NCBI GenBank assembly: GCA_021785255.1
Contig: JAJYGA010000009.1
Coordinates: 11,397-75,396, forward strand
Source: Actinomycetes bacterium
GTDB taxonomy: Bacteria > Actinomycetota > Acidimicrobiia > Acidimicrobiales > Acidimicrobiaceae
Length of the DNA: 64,000 nt
Reading direction: 5' to 3'
Shown: one piece after another, positions 54,614 to 64,000 of the stretch
Layout of the letters: every line of letters starts with the position of its first letter
Position numbering within the stretch: the stretch's first letter is position 1
The notes under the pieces: model-generated
What the model was told of the DNA's origin: nothing
Database searches by the model: none
Seen by the model: the letters and a program-made list of their open reading frames with translations, nothing else
Translations under genes and position numbers: made by a program

Positions 54614-55506
54614 TTGATGGGATCGAGGTGTTTGATGAGGGCTCGTGCAAAGAACCCAGCAACCTCGACTCCAGTGATTTCAGATATCCTTCGTAGATGA
54701 GCGTTTGAGTTTACTTCGAGGACTAATGGCCTGCCCTCTGGATCAACTATCAGATCGACACCGGCACTTAGTGTGCCTACGGCTTGCGAAGCTTTTATGG
54801 CGGTTGTGACTACGTCCTTGCCGGGAGAAATAGGTTTTCCTGCGGCACCGAGGGTTAAGTTTGCTCTGAACTCTCCTGCATTAGGCATCCGTTGAACGGC
54901 CGCAACTGCTTCCCCGTCAATAACTTGAATTCTCAGGTCTGAGTTATGGATTGACGGGATGTAACGTTGGAAAATGAGGGGTCTGTGTTGCAACTTACTC
55001 AGTGATTCCTGGAGTTCGATACGGTTTTGCGCTCTGAACACCTCCTTTCCGAAAGACCCTTTGGAAGCTTTTACGATGATTGGATAACCTAGTAGATCTT
55101 CAACTTGAGTTATGAACGTGTTCGGTACTGACTGTCCTGGGTACATTTCTGGCGGAACAACTGTGGTAGGGAACGGAATGTTATTTTCGGACAAAACGAG
55201 GTGTGTGAGTGCTTTGTCATCACAGACCTTAATAGCCTCGGAAGAGTTGACCGTGTGCACTCCTAGAGACTCTAGTGCCTTTGCAAGTAGCGTGTCTTTT
55301 ACCTGTAGAGCGGCCGCGATAGGGGACTCGAGTTTCGGAAGCAGATTTCGACAACCGTCTTGGAGGTGGAGATAGATATCAAAAGAGTTCACAATCTTCG
55401 CGCTGTGCCCCTCTTTGCGCAGAGCGTCGGCTACAAGCTGAGCCTGATCCTGGAACTTAACACCTAGGCCCAAGTTGGCAATAACCCAAATCTCTTCAGA
55501 GTGCAC
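54610..55506 (-). CDS. RimK-type ATP-grasp ligase (alpha-L-glutamate-ligase-like), paralogue 1
   Basis: CDDKALTH, IIVKASKGSFGKEVF, DLRIQVIDGE, AGEFRANLTLGA, AGVDLIV...LEVNSN. Confidence 0.85.
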   Translation of the reverse strand: MHSEEIWVIANLGLGVKFQDQAQLVADALRKEGHSAKIVNSFDIYLHLQDGCRNLLPKLESPIAAALQVKDTLLAKALESLGVHTVNSSEAIKVCDDKALTHLVLSENNIPFPTTVVPPEMYPGQSVPNTFITQVEDLLGYPIIVKASKGSFGKEVFRAQNRIELQESLSKLQHRPLIFQRYIPSIHNSDLRIQVIDGEAVAAVQRMPNAGEFRANLTLGAAGKPISPGKDVVTTAIKASQAVGTLSAGVDLIVDPEGRPLVLEVNSNAHLRRISEITGVEVAGFFARALIKHLDPIK

Positions 55507-55593
55507 AGGACTAACATAGTCTCTAATCTTGTATGGTCACACGGCTAAAAGGCTAGGAGGAGTTTCTTTAGATGATCTTGAAGCGATGTAGTT

Positions 55594-56328
55594 GTGGATG
55601 AGTTGAGAGGCAGACGTGGTGTTATCAACTACCACCTACAGAAGGTAACGAAGAAAAGTGAAGATACCAACAAACTTCCCTTACTCGTGATGTCCCAAGG
55701 ATATGTGCTTGGTGCCAAATCTGAAAGTCTTGGTCGGCAAAATCTGGAAGCGGCACAGAGAGTGTCGTCTCTAGCTGGTTGGTCTGTCTTGTCATTTTGG
55801 CCCTCTGGAGTGGGTGGATCCGATGGAGAGTTTACGTTGTCGAATGCCTTGGAAGATAGTCTAGATGTCGTAACGTTCATCAGGAAAAATGAATGGGCCC
55901 AAGAGGTGGTACTCTTAGGTTTTGATGTTATGGGAGCGGTTTTTTTGGCGACGGCAGGGGGATCAGACGGTGTCGTCGGGGTAGTGGCCGTCGGAAGCGA
56001 TGCTGGTCCTGAGGGCTTAATAGAACCGACCTCGCTGCTGACAAGACTGTCCCTGAGCTCGGTAAGAACACCTCATGGATATGGCCTAGCGGCGGTGACG
56101 GGAGAAGCCAGAATGATTGAGGAAGCCTCCCGACTATGTTTGGGGAAGATTCCGGTACTGATCGTCGTTACCACGGATAGGTATAGAAACCGTACGGCAG
56201 ACTCCATATTTGGGGCTGTGAACTTCTCCAAATTCGAACTTCATTCCTTTATCACTGATGAAGTTTCCTTGCGTTACGACCCCCAGGTCTATGCGGTGTT
56301 GGCGGGCTGGTTGGATAGAAACTTTTAA
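55594..56328 (+). CDS. Hypothetical protein, possibly alpha/beta-hydrolase-fold but lacking a GxSxG nucleophile elbow
   Basis: 244-aa ORF (GTG). The strand-helix alternation LLVMSQGY..., VVLLGFDVMGAVFLA shows Asp where a Ser nucleophile would be expected. The start is uncertain. Confidence 0.4.
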   Translation: MDELRGRRGVINYHLQKVTKKSEDTNKLPLLVMSQGYVLGAKSESLGRQNLEAAQRVSSLAGWSVLSFWPSGVGGSDGEFTLSNALEDSLDVVTFIRKNEWAQEVVLLGFDVMGAVFLATAGGSDGVVGVVAVGSDAGPEGLIEPTSLLTRLSLSSVRTPHGYGLAAVTGEARMIEEASRLCLGKIPVLIVVTTDRYRNRTADSIFGAVNFSKFELHSFITDEVSLRYDPQVYAVLAGWLDRNF

Positions 56329-56329
56329 C

Positions 56330-56977
56330 TCAATCTCGTTGAATCTCAACCTTTAATTGCTGTGCGGCGGCTTTGGGATCCTTCGCATTCACGAGATATC
56401 TAACGACAACAAAGCGCGATGCTCCCACTTCTTTCAAGTGCCGAATTTTAGTAGGATCGACGCCTCCGGTGACGAAAAATGGAAGCCTGGCCACTTTGCT
56501 TGCGAAGTTCAAAAAGTCTTCTCCTGTACCCTCTCGCCCTGGTTTTGTAGGAGTTGGCTCGATTGGGCCCACAGATACATAATCGATGTCCAAGGTCAGA
56601 GCTTCCATGAGTTCGGTTCTTGAGTGCGTCGATAGTCCCAGGATCCGACCCGTGCCGATGAGTCGCCTCACGTCAGATACCTTTATGTCGTCTTGTCCGA
56701 CATGCACACCATCGGCTTCTGCAAGCAATGCTATGTCTGGCCTATCGTTGACTATGAATGGAACGGAGCGAGATCTACAAAGACGTTGCAACGTGCGTGC
56801 TTTTTCTAGGATGTCTTGGTCGGGAAGCTGTTTTTCTCGTAGCTGGACAATATCCACGCCGCCTTCTAGAGTTTGGTCGACAAATTCAGACACATTGTCA
56901 ACAATTGGCGTGCACAGATACAAGCTAGTTCTACTTATCATCTCTGTTCTTGAAACCATTAATGCCTCACAGATCAC
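56330..56977 (-). CDS. thiE: Thiamine-phosphate synthase
   Basis: VDIVQLREK, FIVNDRPDIA, DGVHVGQDD, YVSVGPIEPTPTKPG, FVTGGV. The true start is probably an internal Met. Confidence 0.9.
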   Translation of the reverse strand: MICEALMVSRTEMISRTSLYLCTPIVDNVSEFVDQTLEGGVDIVQLREKQLPDQDILEKARTLQRLCRSRSVPFIVNDRPDIALLAEADGVHVGQDDIKVSDVRRLIGTGRILGLSTHSRTELMEALTLDIDYVSVGPIEPTPTKPGREGTGEDFLNFASKVARLPFFVTGGVDPTKIRHLKEVGASRFVVVRYLVNAKDPKAAAQQLKVEIQRD

Positions 56978-56986
56978 CCCGTAAAC

Positions 56987-57553
56987 TTATTTTTTGGCTT
57001 TGGCCTTCATCTGGGCTTTGTAGTCTTTCACGAGACGTAGCGTCTCTTCTGAAGTAATGTCTGCAACCGACATATGAACGCCCTCCTGCCCAAAAGGAGC
57101 CGTAGCTTCGCGCCAGTTTATTGGAGTTATGCCAAACTGCTTTCCCAGTAACGCCGCGAATATCTTGGCTTTTTGTTCTCCGAATCCGGGAAGCTTGGTG
57201 AGTCTATCTACGAGATCTTTGCCGCTTTCTGCTTCCAGCCAGATTTTTTCGGTATCGTTGCCGTATTCGTGGGTTATGATTTCGCACAAAAGAATACAAC
57301 GTGCGGCCATGGATTTTGGGAATCGGTGAAGGGCCGGTTTTTGCGAAAAGACATCCGTTAGAGCGGATGTGCTCATAGCTGCAATTAGAGAGGCATCAAG
57401 CGTACCTCCAAGCCGCTCTCTTAGGAGCGCGGGAGCAGAGAAGGCTCGTTCCATCGGTATCTGCTGATCCAGCAACATTCCAATTAGTAGAGCAAGTGGC
57501 TCCTTTTCAAGTAACTCGTTATGACTCTCTTCAGTGGTCAAATAGATGGGCAC
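56987..57553 (-). CDS. HhH-GPD-type base-excision-repair-like protein
   Basis: LLIGMLLDQQIPMERAF...LTKLPGFGEQKAKIFAALLGKQFG contains a helix-hairpin-helix G-x-G motif. Confidence 0.65.
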   Translation of the reverse strand: MPIYLTTEESHNELLEKEPLALLIGMLLDQQIPMERAFSAPALLRERLGGTLDASLIAAMSTSALTDVFSQKPALHRFPKSMAARCILLCEIITHEYGNDTEKIWLEAESGKDLVDRLTKLPGFGEQKAKIFAALLGKQFGITPINWREATAPFGQEGVHMSVADITSEETLRLVKDYKAQMKAKAKK

Positions 57554-57636
57554 AAATGCTTCCTAATTCTTTAAAGATGGATACAGCGGGGTAAGCACAA
57601 TAGTCACTGAAAGTCCCACTCTCTCAATCCTCACGC

Positions 57637-60387
57637 CTATGGCTTTGTTGTGGGATCGTTGCGATCGAATTCAATCATGTAAAAGTCGATAGCGTCTTGA
57701 ACTTCTTCCGGCTTAGCGTCACCGTTTCGCATGAGCTGCTCTAAGACTGCGACAACTACGTGTGCTTCGTCGATCTCAAAGAATCTTCTCAGGGTTTCTC
57801 TGGTATCTGAGCGTCCAAACCCGTCCGTGCCCAAAGCAACAAATGGCCGATCGACAAATCTCGAGATCTGATCAGGTACAAGTTTCATGAAGTCGCTGAC
57901 AGCGACTATTGGACCTTCACCTTGGAGAAGTTCCTTTACGTAAGGTATCCGAGGTTGCTCAGTCGGATGAAGGCGATTGTACCTTTCTACGTCGAGAGCG
58001 TCTTGTCTCAGCGACTTATATGACGTGATGGAGTATGTGGAGACGTCAACGTTGAATCGCTCGGCGAGCGTCCTTGCGGCTGCCATGGCTGCCTGCCACA
58101 TCGATCCTGAGAACAACACTGAAGCCTTGCGCCTATGCTCTCGAGGTGTCGAGCTTGATACGAGTTGCGACTCGTCAACTTTACTTTCAAGATACTCGAA
58201 CTGATATGCGCCTTTTATGATCTGAGATTTTAGTACATCTGCGTCAACACCTTCGGGAATTGCAGGCATGACGTAATTTTCGTTGTATGCCGTCAAGTAA
58301 TAGACGTGATCGTGTCCCCCGTCTGGACCATACATGTCGTATATGCCGTGCTCGACGATGGTAGCAACTTCATAGGCAAAAGACGGATCATAAGTCATGA
58401 CAGATGGTACAGTTGAAGCAAGAATTTGTGAATGCCCATCTTGATGCTGGAGTCCTTCTCCGTTTAGGGTTGTTCGACCGGCGGTGGCCCCTAGGAGGAA
58501 ACCTCTAGCCCTTGCGTCATTAGAGGCCCAGAATGCATCTCCAGTCCGTTGGAAACCAAACATTGAGTAGAACAGATACACCGGTAGCATCGGTACATTT
58601 AATGTAGAGTAAGCCGTCCCTGCAGCCATAAACATAGCGGCGGCCCCGGCTTCTGTGATGCCCATCTCGAGAATCTGACCATCTTGTGCTTCGGAGTAGG
58701 AAAGAAGAAGTCCTGCGTCCACTGGCGTATAGAGTTGGCCGTCAGCGGCGTAGATCTTGGCCTCTCTGAAGAGAGCTTCTAGTCCAAATGTACGCGCCTC
58801 GTCTGGAACAATTGGCACAACATACTTCCCGAACTCCGGTTCTTTCATCAAATTTCTAAGCAGTTTAGAGAAGGCCATTGTCGTAGAGACGGCTTGCTTA
58901 CCTGAACCGAGGTAAAACTCTTTGAATGCATCAGAACTCGGCATTGGTAATACGGCGTTACCATGGTTTCTCCGAGGAAGTGCGCCCCCTAGTACTCGTC
59001 TTCGAGTACGTAAGTACTCCGCCTCTGGTGAGTTCTCTGGCAGTCGTAGATATGGTGGCTTTTCTTCATCCAAAGCGACCTCGTCGAGAGCGTCTTGTAA
59101 GTGGAGGCGATCTCGTAATGTGAGTAGTTGAGCTTTGGTCATCTTCTTTATTTGGTGAGTCGAATTTCGTGCTTCGATGTCAGGACCCAACGTCCAGCCT
59201 TTGACGGTTTTGGCTAGAATCGCGGTAGGACTGGTGTCATTCGTCATTGCAGTTTTATAAGCGCCGTAGAGTTTTCGATAGTCGTGTCCTCCACGCGGCA
59301 ACGCTTGAAGTTCCTCATCACTTAGATGCTCTACCAGCTTACGCAAGCGAGGATCGGGACCGAAGAAGTGTTCGCGAATATAGGCTCCCGATTCGGTTGC
59401 ATACTTCTGAAATTCGCCATCTGTGGTAGTGTTCATCTTGTTCAATAAGACGCCATCGATATCACGCATGAGAAGTTCGTCCCACTTGGTTCCCCAGATG
59501 ACCTTTATAACGTTCCAACCTGCGCCTCGAAAGAGAGCTTCTAACTCCTGTATGATCTTGCCATTACCCCTGACGGGACCGTCTAGTCTCTGGAGGTTAC
59601 AGTTGACGACGAATACTAGATTGTCAAGATGCTCACGACCCGCAACCGATAAGGCCCCATTGGTTTCGGGTTCGTCGAACTCACCATCACCTACGAAAGC
59701 CCACACCTTGGCTCCCTGGGTATCTTTTAGGTGGCGGTTCTCCATGTAGCGATTAAATTGAGCTTGATAGATAGCAGCGATAGGCCCAAGGCCCATTGAC
59801 ACAGTGGGAAACTGCCAAAACTCAGGCATAAGTCTTGGGTGAGGGTAAGAGGAAAGCCCCTTGCCGTCCACCTCACGTCTGAAACCATCGAGTTGTTCTT
59901 CGCTGAGTCGACCTTCGATGAAAGCTCGAGCGTAGATTCCAGGAGATGCGTGTCCTTGAAAGTAGACCATGTCCGCAACATCGCGATTGTCGCTTCCTCG
60001 GAAGAAGTGGTTGAAGCCTACCTCATAAAGCGCTGCTGATGACGCGTAGGTTGATAGATGTCCACCTATGCCATCTGATGATATGTTCGCTCTAGTAACC
60101 ATTACTGCTGCATTCCAGCGAATGTATGCCCGAATTCTCCTTTCCAGGTATTCATCTCCTGGAAACCACGGTTCCTGTTCAGGTGGAATTGAGTTAATGT
60201 AGGGAGTAGTTATGGTTGCGGGGATGCCTACCTGCTGTTCTCGAGCACGTTCCAGTAGTCTCATTAGTAGGTAGGTTGCCCTTGATCGCCCTCTGGTCTC
60301 TACTAACTCTTCAAATGAGTCAAGCCATTCTGAGGTTTCTTCGGGGTCAATGTCCGGAAGCTGGTGAGAAAATCCATCGAATATCAC
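57637..60387 (-). CDS. aceE: Pyruvate dehydrogenase E1 component, homodimeric type
   Basis: 916 aa. It has the ThDP-binding GDGEFDEPE...NCNLQRLDG and many AceE-specific blocks (GGHLSTYASSA, FQGHASPGIYARAF, GTDGFGRSDTR). Confidence 0.95.
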   Translation of the reverse strand: MIFDGFSHQLPDIDPEETSEWLDSFEELVETRGRSRATYLLMRLLERAREQQVGIPATITTPYINSIPPEQEPWFPGDEYLERRIRAYIRWNAAVMVTRANISSDGIGGHLSTYASSAALYEVGFNHFFRGSDNRDVADMVYFQGHASPGIYARAFIEGRLSEEQLDGFRREVDGKGLSSYPHPRLMPEFWQFPTVSMGLGPIAAIYQAQFNRYMENRHLKDTQGAKVWAFVGDGEFDEPETNGALSVAGREHLDNLVFVVNCNLQRLDGPVRGNGKIIQELEALFRGAGWNVIKVIWGTKWDELLMRDIDGVLLNKMNTTTDGEFQKYATESGAYIREHFFGPDPRLRKLVEHLSDEELQALPRGGHDYRKLYGAYKTAMTNDTSPTAILAKTVKGWTLGPDIEARNSTHQIKKMTKAQLLTLRDRLHLQDALDEVALDEEKPPYLRLPENSPEAEYLRTRRRVLGGALPRRNHGNAVLPMPSSDAFKEFYLGSGKQAVSTTMAFSKLLRNLMKEPEFGKYVVPIVPDEARTFGLEALFREAKIYAADGQLYTPVDAGLLLSYSEAQDGQILEMGITEAGAAAMFMAAGTAYSTLNVPMLPVYLFYSMFGFQRTGDAFWASNDARARGFLLGATAGRTTLNGEGLQHQDGHSQILASTVPSVMTYDPSFAYEVATIVEHGIYDMYGPDGGHDHVYYLTAYNENYVMPAIPEGVDADVLKSQIIKGAYQFEYLESKVDESQLVSSSTPREHRRKASVLFSGSMWQAAMAAARTLAERFNVDVSTYSITSYKSLRQDALDVERYNRLHPTEQPRIPYVKELLQGEGPIVAVSDFMKLVPDQISRFVDRPFVALGTDGFGRSDTRETLRRFFEIDEAHVVVAVLEQLMRNGDAKPEEVQDAIDFYMIEFDRNDPTTKP

Positions 60388-60492
60388 TTTGCTAGTATTA
60401 CACCTCCAGTTCTACTTGTCTACCTTAGCGGCTAGAAGTGTTGAACTGGTATAGGTAGGGTAGGATCTTTACCTTAGTCATGAGGAGCTTTT

Positions 60493-60918
60493 GTGATCAA
60501 GATATTTACCGACGGGGCCTGTTTGGGTAACCCGGGACCTGGGGGATGGGCGTGGATCATTGACGACGAGCGTTTGGGATTTGGTGGTGAACCTCTAACT
60601 ACCAATCAGCGGATGGAACTGACGGCGGTAATTGAAGGACTAAAGCACGTTGACGGAGACGTGGTTGTTGTCTCAGACTCGACTTATGTAGTTAATTGTT
60701 TTCGCGATCAATGGTGGCGTAAGTGGGTAATAAATGGATGGAGGAACTCCAAAGGTGACCCGGTGGCGAACGCAGACCTCTGGAAGGTATTGGTTCCACT
60801 GGTAACGGAGTCGAGGCGTTCAGTGGCATTTGAATGGGTCAAAGGACATGCAGGAAACAGACTGAACGAGTGTGCTGACGCTCTAGCTCAAAGGGCAGCG
60901 CGGGAATCTACCAGCTGA
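60493..60918 (+). CDS. rnhA: Ribonuclease HI
   Basis: The DEDD(H) pattern is present: IFTDGACLGNPGPGGWA, TNQRMELTA, VVSDSTYV, VKGHAGNRLNECADALA. GTG start. Confidence 0.9.
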   Translation: MIKIFTDGACLGNPGPGGWAWIIDDERLGFGGEPLTTNQRMELTAVIEGLKHVDGDVVVVSDSTYVVNCFRDQWWRKWVINGWRNSKGDPVANADLWKVLVPLVTESRRSVAFEWVKGHAGNRLNECADALAQRAARESTS

Positions 60919-61410
60919 GACGAGCATCAATTTATGAATCCCGTTGTTTCTATTTTTATTTGGATGGATAGAACGAACATGGAGTATAGATTCAACTGAT
61001 TCCACCTCTTCAGGAGATCATGGTGTCTCTATGACCACCATTAGATCTTGATTTCGATGCCACTTCATCTCGAAAGTCGTTGCGCTGTGGGCCGACGCTG
61101 CCTAGCAAGTGTTGTCCGGAAGGTCTACGGATGTATGATCGCAATCGACTCATCGTCACATATGGGAAGGTTGAACGCTGCAAGGTTGATGATGCCGATT
61201 TGGCATACGGATTTGGAATGACCATGAGCCTTAGCTCTTATCGAAAAGTCTTCGTCTCAGTTGCAGCAAAATAACGGGAAAGATTGCAAAGCTGGTGCAG
61301 CGGGAATCTTTAATTTGTATATGCGATGTTTGCATATGACCAGGTGAGCTTCGTAGTTGGGATCTATGTGCAGGTGTCGTTGTGACAAATCAATTTGTAT
61401 AACCTAATGT

Positions 61411-62184
61411 GTGAACATGGAACTAAATGGAACAACCGCAGTAGTAACTGGAGGCGCTTCAGGACTGGGGCTTGCAACGACGCATGCTCTGGTTGAAAAA
61501 GGAGTACATGTTCTCGTAATTGATCGAGATAGTGAGCGAGCTAAAGAACTCCAAAATACTTTAACAGACAACGTGAGCGTTGTAGTTGCTGACGTGACCA
61601 GCCGCGACGACGTTGAAAATGCTCTCGAGGTTCTCGCGGGACGTGGACCGCTTCGAGTGACCGTGAATTGTGCTGGAATCGGAATAGCGAAGAGAATAAT
61701 AGGGAAAGATGGTTCTCCGCATGACATTGAATCTTTTCACAAGGTTATCCAGGTCAACTTGATAGGTACCTTCAACGTAATGGCTGTTGCATCAGCGGCA
61801 ATGGCTAAAACTGATCCTCTGGACTTTGGCGAGCGGGGCGTGGTTGTAAACACGGCTTCGATAGCAGCTTACGATGGTCAGATAGGCCAAATCGCATACT
61901 CAGCGTCAAAAGGAGGCATTGTTGGCATGACGTTACCGGCAGCTCGCGATCTGTCAGTAGTTGGTATTCGTGTCGTCACCATAGCTCCTGGTATTATTGA
62001 CACTCCGTTACTTGGGTCTCTTCCTGAGGACGCTAGGGCAAGGCTCGCTGCTGGCGTACCGTTCCCTCATCGTCTAGGAGTACCTCAGGACTATGCAAAA
62101 CTTGTCCTTTCAATCTGCGATAACGGATACGTAAATGGAGAAGTAATTAGGTTAGATGGCGCTCTTAGGATGCCACCGCGCTAA
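61411..62184 (+). CDS. Short-chain dehydrogenase, 3-hydroxyacyl-CoA dehydrogenase type-2-like
   Basis: [30 protein letters not shown]. Confidence 0.88.
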   Translation: MNMELNGTTAVVTGGASGLGLATTHALVEKGVHVLVIDRDSERAKELQNTLTDNVSVVVADVTSRDDVENALEVLAGRGPLRVTVNCAGIGIAKRIIGKDGSPHDIESFHKVIQVNLIGTFNVMAVASAAMAKTDPLDFGERGVVVNTASIAAYDGQIGQIAYSASKGGIVGMTLPAARDLSVVGIRVVTIAPGIIDTPLLGSLPEDARARLAAGVPFPHRLGVPQDYAKLVLSICDNGYVNGEVIRLDGALRMPPR

Positions 62185-62230
62185 AAGCTGAGAGAAAGTC
62201 TAAATAAGCTGCAAGGCAATCGGATGAACG

Positions 62231-63172
62231 TTGTACGAGAGGCGTAGCATTGACATCATGAGGTTCGTAAAATTTGGTGACGATCTGATTTCTTCTAATG
62301 GTGTTGGTACATGGCAGTTTGGATCGAAAGAGTGGGGTTATGGTAGCGGCTACGCGCGGTCGACGGCAAAAGATATATTACGTAGAGCCCTAGAACTAAA
62401 TGTAAATTTCATAGACACAGCAGAATTGTATGGCTTTGGAGCTTCAGAACGTATTGTCGGCGACGCGTTAGAAACCGACAGATCTAAAGTTTTTATTGCT
62501 ACGAAGTATTTCCCTGTTGTTCCACTCCCTCCGCTTATGGCTGAACGAGCTTATGGTAGTGCGAAACGTCTCCGAACTGACATTATTGACCTATATCAGC
62601 TTCATTTTCCAAATCCAGCGTTTCCTCTGGAATGCCAGGTGGGAGGTCTTAGGCGACTTTTGGATCGGGGTACGGTTCGTTATGGAGGAGTTTCCAACTT
62701 CTCGCTGAGCTACTGGCAAAGCGCGGAAACTGTACTCAGACGACCTTTGATCTCCAATCAAGTGCATCTCTCTATCATTTCGCAGAAGCCTTTACTTGAG
62801 ATGCATCCCTGGGCAGTTGCAAATGACCGAGTCATTATCGCCTATTCTCCGCTCGAACAAGGTCTCTTGGGCGGACGATACAGTTTGGACAATAAACCCC
62901 ATGGATTTAGACGTTATACTTCGCACTTTTCAAATGAATACTTGGTAAGGGCTAGACCGCTTCTTTTTAGACTCACAGAGATAGCAAAGCTATATGTGGC
63001 TACACCTGCACAGATTTCACTCGCTTGGCTTTTGAAGTTACCTAATGTAGTAGTGATTCCCGGAGCATCTTCTGTTTCGCAACTGGAGAAAAATGTCGAG
63101 GCATCTGAAATTGACTTGACTGACGAGCACTTTGAGGAGCTAAAGGAACTTGGCAATGAACTCTCAAAATAG
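62231..63172 (+). CDS. Aldo/keto reductase
   Basis: GTWQFG, NFIDTAELYG, LYQLHFP, GVSNFS and IPGASSVSQLEKN are AKR blocks. ATG 62258 (MRFVKFG) is a plausible true start. Confidence 0.88.
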   Translation: MYERRSIDIMRFVKFGDDLISSNGVGTWQFGSKEWGYGSGYARSTAKDILRRALELNVNFIDTAELYGFGASERIVGDALETDRSKVFIATKYFPVVPLPPLMAERAYGSAKRLRTDIIDLYQLHFPNPAFPLECQVGGLRRLLDRGTVRYGGVSNFSLSYWQSAETVLRRPLISNQVHLSIISQKPLLEMHPWAVANDRVIIAYSPLEQGLLGGRYSLDNKPHGFRRYTSHFSNEYLVRARPLLFRLTEIAKLYVATPAQISLAWLLKLPNVVVIPGASSVSQLEKNVEASEIDLTDEHFEELKELGNELSK

Positions 63173-63347
63173 AGAAGTTATTCGGGAATGAGTTGATGCG
63201 CCGTAGTGCCGAGTATATGAAAGTATCGCCAGCGTGAGACGTGGTTGTGTGCAACTTGTGTTGCATCTTGTATTTTTCTTGAGTAGTCTTCGAAGTGTTA
63301 GTGACGAATAAGTCACTATTCGAAGAAGTTAAAGGTGACCCGAAGTA

Positions 63348-64000
63348 GTGTTAAACGTTGATGAGGAGGTGAGGTCAACGTCTGACGAGTTCGATGTTGT
63401 CGTTGTGGGCGGAGGCCCTGGAGGTTATGCTGCTGCTCTTTACGGAGCCTCGGCAGGGCTAAATGTAGCCGTTGTGGAGAAGGAAAAAGTTGGAGGAACA
63501 TGTCTGCATCGAGGTTGTGTTCCAGCCAAAGAGTACTTGGAGACGGCTGCCATATACAGGACAGTTTTAGATTCAGCAGAGTTTGGAATTTCGTCTTCGA
63601 CCCCCACGGTTGACTTTTCCGTCTCACAAAGCAGAAAACAGAAGGTAGTGGACCAGTTGTGGCGCGGTTTGAGTGGACTAATGAAAGGCAGAGGAATCAC
63701 TGTCATTGAGTCCGTGGGCCGATACGAAGGCAATGGAGCTGTATCACTTTCAGACGGAAGTACAGTGCGCGGTGATAGTGTCATTTTGGCATCGGGTTCA
63801 ATACCAAGAACTTTCCCCGGATTCGAAGTTGACGGTCGATACGTTTTGACTTCTGATGAATTTCTTTCTCTGAATGAACTTCCTGGTTCCGTAGCTGTTA
63901 TTGGCGGTGGGGCTATAGGGTGTGAGTTTGCTTCCATGTTAAGTGACATGGGTGCAGAAGTAACGATTGTTGAGGCTCTTCCGAAGATCCTCGCAGGATG
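63348..64000 (+). CDS. lpdA: Dihydrolipoyl dehydrogenase, N-terminal part (runs off the window end); absent from the supplied ORF track
   Basis: I translated the + frame: ...SDEFDVVVVGGGPGGYAAALYGASAGLNVAVVEKEKVGGTCLHRGCVPAKE...VAVIGGGAIGCEFASM. It contains the redox-active CxxxxC and both Rossmann motifs. The start is either GTG 63348 or GTG 63369. Confidence 0.9.
   Translation, partial: MLNVDEEVRSTSDEFDVVVVGGGPGGYAAALYGASAGLNVAVVEKEKVGGTCLHRGCVPAKEYLETAAIYRTVLDSAEFGISSSTPTVDFSVSQSRKQKVVDQLWRGLSGLMKGRGITVIESVGRYEGNGAVSLSDGSTVRGDSVILASGSIPRTFPGFEVDGRYVLTSDEFLSLNELPGSVAVIGGGAIGCEFASMLSDMGAEVTIVEALPKILAG

Noticed and set aside
63440-63949. 169-aa ORF on the minus strand
   Set aside because: It lies antisense to an unmistakable dihydrolipoyl dehydrogenase reading frame (FDVVVVGGGPGGY...GGTCLHRGCVPAK) on the + strand. 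It is a shadow ORF with no motif of its own.
1-64000. CRISPR arrays, tRNA and rRNA genes
   Set aside because: I saw no regularly spaced direct repeats in any gene-less stretch. No T-arm/acceptor-like GGTTCGAATCC-type motif occurs outside coding frames, and there is no rRNA-like sequence. This check was by eye only, and a tRNAscan/CRISPR finder run would be definitive.

Overview
This is a 64-kb chromosomal window of moderate G+C, roughly 45-50% by eye (not computed). The gene content looks actinobacterial: aceE and lpd, suf Fe-S genes including a Rieske protein, a SWIM-SNF2 HelZ-like helicase, DUF1707, two OmpR/histidine-kinase pairs (one with an HtrA-type protease), and many acyl-CoA enzymes. 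That lineage call is an inference from gene content only. About 55 protein-coding genes can be supported. I saw no rRNA, tRNA or CRISPR array. The housekeeping backbone is interrupted by decayed mobile DNA. At 12.4-13.1 kb there is a frameshifted TnpB with its 3' RNA scaffold, and at 15.6-16.0 kb an ISL3-like relic. A ~3.7-kb island (22.56-26.23 kb) is bracketed by ~40-bp imperfect direct repeats. Its left part is conspicuously GC-rich and carries an intact ANT(6)/AadK-family nucleotidyltransferase. Its right part is a nest of IS21, IS630 and IS607 fragments plus an orphan TnpB-RNA scaffold. The best candidate for an undescribed system is a translationally coupled three-gene operon on the minus strand (5261-9125). 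It encodes an unrecognisable 224-aa protein followed by two paralogous MutS-domain-V-only ATPases that lack mismatch-binding, Smr and nuclease domains. The operon lies next to an 890-bp ORF-free, hairpin-rich spacer. Other points worth a second look are listed here.
- A C8/G8 homopolymer uncouples a signal peptide from a secreted protein.
- Two RimK-type ATP-grasp ligases sit in tandem with no obvious substrate gene.
- The suf genes are split into three blocks and include two SufC paralogues.
- A PilT ATPase stands alone with no other pilus genes in the window.
- A short-loop FtsH paralogue lies next to a RodZ-C-like protein.
All calls come from reading the sequence and the translations by eye; no searches or computations were run.
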